A DNA stretch of 43,830 bases, the filler included, from Jimgerdemannia flammicorona (taxonomy: Eukaryota), in assembly GCA_003990765.1 (NCBI GenBank). It is 2 parts of 2 records of this genome, joined end to end, with 100 filler letters (N's around TTAATTAATTAA, not from the genome) between each part and the next. Parts side by side here need not be neighbours in the genome. Positions count along the whole stretch, not along the records: positions 21,972 to 43,830 come from RBNJ01001379.1; 1 more part is not named here. One strand, 5' to 3'. Positions 36,851 to 43,830 of this stretch are shown here, piece after piece. Under the pieces are notes generated by a model. It had not been told where the DNA came from, made no database searches, and worked only from the letters and a program-made list of their open reading frames with translations. Each line of letters starts with the position of its first letter. Positions within the stretch are counted from its first letter, which is position 1. Made by a program: the position numbers and the translations under genes.

Positions 36851-38430
36851 ATGTCATTTTCCTCTTCCTTCTTCTGCTCTCACCCTGTCACATGGGCGCA
36901 TGAGCTCCAGTTGTATCCTGACCCGTGGGTAGCTCAGGCTGCCATCACCACTATTACTCAAGGTGCTCTTCTCAGCTTTGATGGGCCTTGTCGGCGCCTG
37001 CTGTCCTATAATCATCACTCTGCTCTTGACCACCCGGAAGTGATCATGTCTGACATCGAGCAGGAAGTCGCCACCAGTAGAATTTGTGGCCTGTTCTCAT
37101 CCCCTCCATTTGAATGCTTTTGCTCATCTCCTCTCAGTGCCGTCGCGAAGAAGAATTCTAATAGTATATGGCATCATATTCACAACCTTTCTTGGCCCCA
37201 TCACGGCGATTTAGTGAATGCCAGCATAGATACCAATGCCTTCCGGCTCTCTTACATTAAGTTTGACGAGGCTTTGGACTTGGGTTGTCATTTTGGTCAG
37301 GGATGTCTTCTATCGAAGGTTGACCTTGCCAATGCATATCATCATATACTCATCCATTCTATGGATTGGGAGTTGCTGGGTTTCAAGTAGTCAGGGCAGT
37401 TTTATTTCGATCGGTTTGCTCCTTTTGGTGCATCCTCATCACCATTTCTTTTCAACCTTTTCGCAGAACTTCTCACATGGATCACCCACCATCACAACAT
37501 ATGCGCACTCATCTACTATGTCAACAATTTTCTCCTCGTTTCGCCACCACTCCAGCCATTTGCCCTCTCCGACCTACATTTACTTCTTGTCATCTGTCAT
37601 CATCTCGGCTAGTCAATTCAAGAGAGCAAGGTCAAAGGCCTGACAACATCACTCATCTTTCTGGGTATCAAATTGGATACAATGGCTATGGAAGCCCGCC
37701 TGCCTCTTGGCAAGCTTGACATGTTGCTCACCACTCTTAAGCAGTGGCTATTGCACACATTATGTACATGCCCTCAACTGCAGTCTCTTATTGGTTCCTT
37801 GGCATTTGCCTGTAAAATCATTCTGCCAGACCACCCATTCCTGTGGCGGTTTATCGATCTTCTTTCTGGCAACGTCTCATTTTATATCTCACTGAATGAG
37901 GAATTCTACACTGACATTCATTGGTAGCTCGAATTCCTATCCCACTGGAATGGTATTTCCATTATATATCCAGTGGTATGGTTCTACGAGCCTGATGCAC
38001 AATTATGGATGGATGCCAGTAGGATCTAAGGCTTTAGTGCACATTTCAATAGCAAATGGTTTTCTGCTCCCTGGCCTCCCGATATAGCCTCGCGTGACAT
38101 TCAGTTCAAGGAACTTTATGCTGTGGTCACTGCCACTGCTACCTGGGGCACTCAATAGCGTTTTCACCATATATTGCTTCATTCTGATAATCAGGTGGTC
38201 ATCACTATTATCAACTTGGGCTCTTCACGCAACCCTCTTCTGCTGGAACTTCTCTGCCAGCTCTATTTTCAAATGGTGCATCACACTTTTCAACTTTGCG
38301 CCATATTCATCTCGATATCCAATAATGGCATTGCTGATGCTTTATCCCATGCTGATCTTTCTCGTTTCCATCATCTTGCCCCTTATGCTCAGATGCTCCC
38401 GACCACGATTGGTATCATTTGCATTCTACA
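36851..38430 (+). pseudogene. Ngaro reverse transcriptase / RNase H
   Basis: SSPLSAVAKK, IHNLSWP, SKVDLANAY, PFGASSSPFLF, YYVNNF (YVDDF with two CpG G>A changes), FLGIKLDT, LQSLIGSLAF, WMDAS, KELYAV, HSDNQ, NGIADALS. Confidence 0.92.
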
Positions 38431-38439
38431 CTTCCACCC

Positions 38440-39345
38440 ATCATTGCCTTCTTTTTGTGGTTCGGACTGGCAAAATCAACGCGCCACTCATACTCTTCAG
38501 GACAATGCAGCTTCCTCCAATTCTGCAATCTCCATGGTGGTAATCATGTCTCTGGTGGGCCTTTGCCTGTGTCCGAACTGGTGCTAATGCGGTGAGTCTG
38601 TAGCTTGGCCTTGCGATGGCTTTAACCATCCACAATCAAACATTACCTCTCGGCCATTCGTTCTCTACACATTGACTCCGGCTTTGCCGATCTGTTCATT
38701 GGTCTTCACCAACTTCCCCGAGTGATGCATGGTATGAAGTAGTGGCTAGGTGAATGCCCAACTCGACCTTGGCTTCCTATCACACTTGGTATTCTTCGCA
38801 GTCTTAACAGTTTGCTTCGACTATCTAATTATGATAATCTGCATCTTGTGACCATGATGTTGCTTGCATATGTTGGCTTTCTTCGCTCTGGCGAATTTAC
38901 ATGGGACAGGTCTTTCGATCCCATTTCCCAGCTATCCCATGGCTCTGTGGTCTTTCATCCTAGCATTGCTGACCCCACCCATATTATGCTCACCCTGCCG
39001 GCCTCTAAAACAGACCCATTTCACCAGAGTGCATCACTTTTTATTGCCAAAACAGATCCCACCATGCTATGCATTGTATCCTTACTTCACCTTCTTTACC
39101 TGGTGCACCCAGCCCCACCTGACACCCCTCTGTTCCGGCATTCCATGAATCAATCATTCTCTTGAGCATATCTCATTAGTTGTCTTTGCATGTTACCTCC
39201 ATGGATTGGTCTGAACCTGCTTCTTTATGCCAGGCATAGTTTTTGAATTAGTGCAACATCCGATGCCACTGCGGCTGGTTTATCCAATTATGAGATTCAG
39301 ATGTTGGATCAGTGGGAGAGCAGTGGCATTTAAAGGCTATATTCA
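38440..39345 (+). pseudogene. Tyrosine recombinase (YR)
   Basis: GLAKSTRHSY, STIKHYLSAIRSLH, LPIT, AYVGFLRSGEFT (catalytic R), LPASKTDPF (K), RHSF*ISA (HxxR box with CGA>TGA), IQMLDQWES...GYI. Confidence 0.92.
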
Positions 39346-39456
39346 CATGCCTATTTCTTGTATTCTCCACCTTTGGGCTTTGTTAACTTATAATACTTAT
39401 TCTGTTACTCATATTACTTGCGGTTAACAATTTCCTTTTCCTTTTTTTTCTACCAC

Positions 39457-39817
39457 GTAGCCTGTGACACCAGCTTATTTCGGGTCTTGCATGGCATGAA
39501 CACCAGCCTTTACCTCTTCTCATCGGCCTTACATCACCGTACAGCTTGCAACACCAGCCCTTAATCCACCCACCTCAGCCTCTTGCCACTGTGTAGTTCA
39601 TGATACCAACCTTTTCCGACATTGCACGGCTTGCGACACTAGCCCTCCTTCTTTTCGTTATCATGCAGCTCGTGACACCGGCCTACTCAGACCCCAATGC
39701 AACTTGTGACACCAGTTCTATCCCTCGATCGCTGGGCTTGTTAAATCAGCTTCTTGGCTTTTGCACAATTCGTGACACCTGTCCTCGGTTTTAACCGCAT
39801 AGCTCGTGACATCAGCC
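39457..39817. repeat. Array of about 10 spaced 19-bp repeats, consensus RCRGCTYGTGACACCAGCC
   Basis: Copies at 39457, 39490 (weak), 39541, 39593, 39626, 39665, 39699, 39733 (weak), 39765 and 39799, separated by non-repeating spacers. Confidence 0.85.
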
Positions 39818-39997
39818 ATATCATCGACATTGGGCATGACCTTTCTATTAAGTCTTCGGCACCATTCTATCATCTACTCCACTCACATTTCCACATCCAT
39901 AACCCCCTTTTTACTTCATTTGGGCCAAGTTCTTTCTTTTGGTGCTGCCAACTCACACTGCTACACATCATCATCCTGCACATTTTACATATAACAT

Positions 39998-40230
39998 TTG
40001 GGCCAGTCTTTTATACCATGTGTTTCCACCCAAATACAGAACAATCAATCATTTATTTGAGGTCTCTTTCCTAGGATTTCAGGGTGATGCATGGTCATTT
40101 CGGTGATATAGAGTTATTGGTGTTTTATCACGAAGATTGACATCATGTGAGCATAGCATAGTTGACATTATGCAAAATGTAGTATAGTTATGCCTCCCTA
40201 GCATAGATCGATATTATGGTAAAAATATTG
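39998..40230 (+). repeat. Split direct repeat B1
   Basis: Aligns with B2 (40514-40745) and abuts A2 directly. Confidence 0.92.
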
Positions 40231-40478
40231 AATGAGGGGGCTCGCTCAAGACCACAGGTCAATGAATGCAGGAAGGTCTTGGGCATATAGTGCCCAAAAT
40301 GTTTCAACGCCATTGTTTGTCTAAGGTGTTTCTAAATCAGGTGTAGTCTTTCCTTTTTTGGTACTAGCATGGTAGGCAAATTACTTCTATATATAATTCT
40401 ACCATTCACCCAACATTACTTCATACACTCTTTATACTTATGCTTTTGCGCTTCTGTACATTCATATACATTTCATTA
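40231..40478 (+). repeat. Split direct repeat A2
   Basis: Copy of A1 (aatgagRgggctcgctcaagaccacagg...tttcatta). Confidence 0.93.
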
Positions 40479-40513
40479 CCACCCACCTCACCCTACATAT
40501 ATATACATAGTGG

Positions 40514-40745
40514 TTGGGCTGGTCTTTTATACTGTGTGTTTTCACCCAAATACAGAACAATTGATCATTTATTGAGATCTCTTTCCTAGGATTTCGGGGT
40601 GATGCATGGTCATTTCGGTGACACAGGGTTATTGGTGTTTTATCATGAAGATTGACATTACATGAGCATAGCATAGTTAACATTATGCAAAACATAGTAT
40701 AGTTACACCTCCCTAGCATAGATCAACATTACGGCAAAAACATTG
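40514..40745 (+). repeat. Split direct repeat B2 (element right end)
   Basis: Copy of B1, ending aaaaacattg. Confidence 0.92.
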
Positions 40746-41580
40746 ATTGAGGTCTCAGTAGTCAATACAGATTTGTAGGTCTCCTTCTTTCTTGACAATA
40801 AAGAGGACTGGTGTACTATAGAGTAATACACTAAGTCTAATGAATTCTTATTCTAAGAGTTCATCAATCTCTTTCTTGAGTTCATCAATTTCTCTCAGAG
40901 ATATGTAGTAGATTGACTTGAGGGCTGGCTTGGCATCTAGAATGGTCTTGATGGCATGGTCTACTATTTGTTTTAGTAGTAGGCTCTTCAGGAGTTTCTT
41001 TAGAAATATGTCTCAGAATTTCTGAAGTAAGGGTCTAATATGGCTATCAACTTTGGAAAAATCTTCTTTAAGGTTCTTGGGTTCACCTTTGGATTATCAG
41101 ATGGATATAGCAAAGAGAGGGCATTTCTTGGCCAATTTCTTGAGTTGTAGTTTGTTGATGTGAGTGATCTTTGGGCCTGGGTCACTAGAACTAAGTAGGT
41201 CTCTTTTATCTTACAGTTTGAAATTGTGGCATACTTTCTTAATGGTCAGAGAGTGGTTTACCCAATCAATCAAAAGGTTTCTTATTTTAACCATGGGGTT
41301 CCAAGGATGATTTCATTGTCAGGAAGTGATATGATTTGAAGTGTAATATATACTTGATAGTTGCCAATTCTGAAGAGTAGGTTGCAGACTTTCTTGCTAA
41401 TGATATGAGAGGTTCCATCAGCTATAGTAGCATCTTGAGGATATTGTACTGGAGTGGTCAGAACCTTGGGTCTGTTGGCTGTTTCTTTATTAATAAAGTT
41501 GCCTGAGATACTACTATCTATTATGATATTTAGAGGTACTCAATTTACAAAAGCTTGGAGGATAAGCAGCTTGGCTGATC
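40746..41580 (-). pseudogene. Gypsy aspartic protease and RT N-terminus
   Basis: NIIIDSSISGNFI (=IDSGASGNFI), EIILGTP, DHAIKTILDAKP, PVLFIVKKEGDLQICIDY*DLN. Confidence 0.88.
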
Positions 41581-42034
41581 TAATGATGGTAATTTTAGTT
41601 TTAGAAGCTTTCCTTCTGTTGGTTCTCCTTTGGACCAGTTCATTGACACAAGAGAAGCAATTGTCAATTATTCAAGAAGAGTAAATTCTAATGTCATGGG
41701 GTCATCAACCACTTGATATAAATCCATCTTCAATTTTTTTGTAGAATTGGTTTTTCTTATTTATAGTGAGTTGTGCTAATGTTTTGTTTGATGGGCCAAA
41801 TCCTTTGGATTCTGGAATGTTAGGCCATAGTTCAGGAACTTCCTTGACTGTCATTATTGACTCAATTTTCATGAATAGGATTTGAATTATATAGAAACTA
41901 ATAGAGATCTTAAATAGTATCCAGCTATGGTTTTAGATGAGGACAATAATTTCGCCTATATAATCTTTGTCCCAATAATACTCAATCCTATCTTTACATC
42001 ATTGGGCCCCATGTCATCTCTTCCTTAGCCCCCA

Positions 42035-43248
42035 GATAGCATCATCTGTATTGTATACTGAATAGAGTATTGGTGGATGAAGAAGGGGTACATTGTCTTT
42101 ACTTTCATCAGATTTGCTATCTGTATACCTTTGGTAGAAAATGGCACTATGTATTGCAGAGTTATAATATACTAGTTGCTGTGGTTCATTTTGTTCATAC
42201 TCAGGATGTGGGGTTGTTGGTTCAGTATTGAGGGTTGTCTGGAGATACAGGTTGAGTTCTTCAGTCTCTTCATTATAGTTGAAGTAATTAGGTATGAATG
42301 CAGATTGGTACTTGTATCAGTGGCCATTATCTCAACAGATCTCATAGATGGTTATGAACTATTGTAAGTTTATTAACAAGATTGGCAGAGTGATCAGGAC
42401 TGGCAGGAATCCTTGGCTGGAAGTCATATCAGTATCAGAGGGATCATTGTCTTCTACTTCATCATTATTGAATTAGATTATATCATTGATATCCTTCATG
42501 GCATATCTAACTTGGGGTATTTACAGGATATAGTCATCAGGATGAGGAAGGATCTGTCTATGGTTTGAACATACTTGATGTACTTGTAGTTGAGTTCTTG
42601 TACTATATCATTGATTTGGTCATAAGACAGAGTGGCAACTATTTCAGCAGTAGTAACTTAGATGTAGGGAATAAAGATGCTATACTTGCAAAAGAGTTCT
42701 CAGTATTTGCAAGCAATGAGTTTCTGGTGTTGAGACATCTGGATAATATCTGTATCATTGTGGTGTTCAACCATATCTTCCAGGTGGTGACCAATCTAGT
42801 AGTAGCTTGAGATTTGTCTAATTCAGTAGGCTTCACTGAGTATGTTCAGGGTATTCTATTGGACCCCTATAAAGTAGAGAGGTACCAGGCTATGGATATT
42901 CATAAGGGGTAGGAGAGATGGGGCTTAGTTGATAATGATATTCCAAATGTCAGTACAGATATAGTCATAGATCTCAGTAGTTATGGTTATATGTATGTTT
43001 AAGAATTGTAGTTGTTTGTTTGATATGTTGTAGTTCTCTGTTTGACATATCAGAGTATTTAATATATATATATTTGGTCCTGGTTGGCAAGATTCTATTT
43101 GTATAATTCTTGTATTCTATGACTTCAAGTTGACTTAGCTTTGTGCTCTGTAACTTCAGTTTAACTCAGCTTTGTGATCTTGTATAATTTCTGGATGTGT
43201 TCTGAGAGTGATGTTTGATTTTGGTAGCTTAGAGATTGTATACTTACA
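42035..43248 (-). pseudogene. Second copy of the chromovirus extra-ORF region
   Basis: Colinear with 24903-26108; ORF-track peptides 25507-25689 and 42639-42836 are near-identical. Confidence 0.75.
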
Positions 43249-43249
43249 G

Positions 43250-43830
43250 CCTGAGAACTTCAGATAGTTGTATCAGGAGTAGACATAACCTGAAGATAGA
43301 CTCTTTTGACAGGACAAATAGCCAAGAGGAGTCTAGAGAATGACCAGTATCTGATGGAGGAGGGGGTAAGCAGTGGTCTATAAGCTTTACTAATAAGATG
43401 AAGGAGGGAGGCTAGCTGAGGCTAGTGGGGCTAGTGGTAGAAACAGATCAATTTAGGGGAGAGTGGGAGGTCCTCTGTATGGAGGAGTAAGTATAGGAGC
43501 TAAAGGGGCTGTGGCTTAAAGAGAGTAGGTGACTACTGCTAATGGTATAACTAAAGATCTGGAAAAAAATCCAGATGTGATAACTGATAGCAGAGCTGGG
43601 CAGGAGGGCTCAGAAAGGCAAGAGACCTAGCAGATAGTATAATAGACCTAGTGATAGCACTATTACTCAAGAAGTTAATCTAAGAGTTCACTATTATATA
43701 GTACTTTCAGGAGCTAGTAGTAATTGTAAAGATAGTTCTAGGGCTAATCTTGTAGCAGAGGCTAGAACAGCTTCTGAGGTTCTTATAGGGGCTAAAGGGA
43801 GTTGAGATGAGCTTTAAAAAGATAGGGCTG
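43250..43830 (+). mobile_element. LINE copy 5, 5' region/ORF1 start, very decayed; runs off the right edge
   Basis: atctggaaaaaaatccagatg and gacctagcagatagt...ttactcaagaagttaatc match copy 3 at 16449-16573. The left boundary is approximate. Confidence 0.8.

Larger units (their letters stand above)
35039..40745 (+). mobile_element. Ngaro-type (DIRS order) tyrosine-recombinase retrotransposon, complete, 5.7 kb
   Basis: It has gag, RT/RH and YR, with split direct repeats A1...B1-A2-B2. There is no TSD, and removing it restores the host RT frame (D L N E Q T). Confidence 0.93.
24391..41900 (-). mobile_element. Ty3/Gypsy chromovirus, degenerate, host of LINE copy 4 and the Ngaro element; 5' LTR and most of gag not seen
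   Basis: Minus-strand order: PR (about 41510), RT, RH, IN, chromodomain, extra ORF, partial 3' LTR. The host sequence rejoins across both insertions. The right boundary is approximate. Confidence 0.88.

Noticed and set aside
39457..39817. Calling the spaced repeat array a CRISPR
   Set aside because: The repeats (19 bp) and most spacers (13-20 bp) are too short and degenerate, there are no cas genes, and the context is a eukaryotic retrotransposon. It is kept as an unexplained array.

Overview
This is eukaryotic, probably fungal, repeat-rich DNA (taxon inferred from the mix of elements). It is a nest of decayed transposons with no intact host gene. Left to right: (1) the 5' half of a minus-strand LTR retrotransposon whose Gag and zinc knuckle run in frame into a dUTPase, with its 780-bp 5' LTR inserted into a LINE; (2) an L1/Tx1-type LINE carrying a second, 5'-truncated LINE with a target-site duplication (TSD); (3) a Gypsy-type 3' LTR fragment and a very decayed Copia pol fragment; (4) a near full-length LINE ending at an artificial 100-bp contig linker (N44-TTAATTAATTAA-N44); (5) a candidate TET/JBP-like 2OG-Fe(II) dioxygenase pseudogene next to a 4x32-bp palindromic array; (6) a minus-strand chromovirus (PR-RT-RH-IN-chromodomain plus an extra 3' ORF), interrupted by a full-length LINE and a complete Ngaro-type tyrosine-recombinase retrotransposon (A1...B1-A2-B2); (7) a second copy of the extra ORF and the start of a fifth LINE. 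C-to-T decay at CpG, and apparently CpA, is pervasive. The best leads are an array of about 10 dyad-symmetric 19-bp repeats with unique spacers behind the Ngaro recombinase, the NC-dUTPase fusion, the TET/JBP-like remnant, and a CpG island preserved in one LTR. All calls come from manual translation and motif recognition; no database searches were run.
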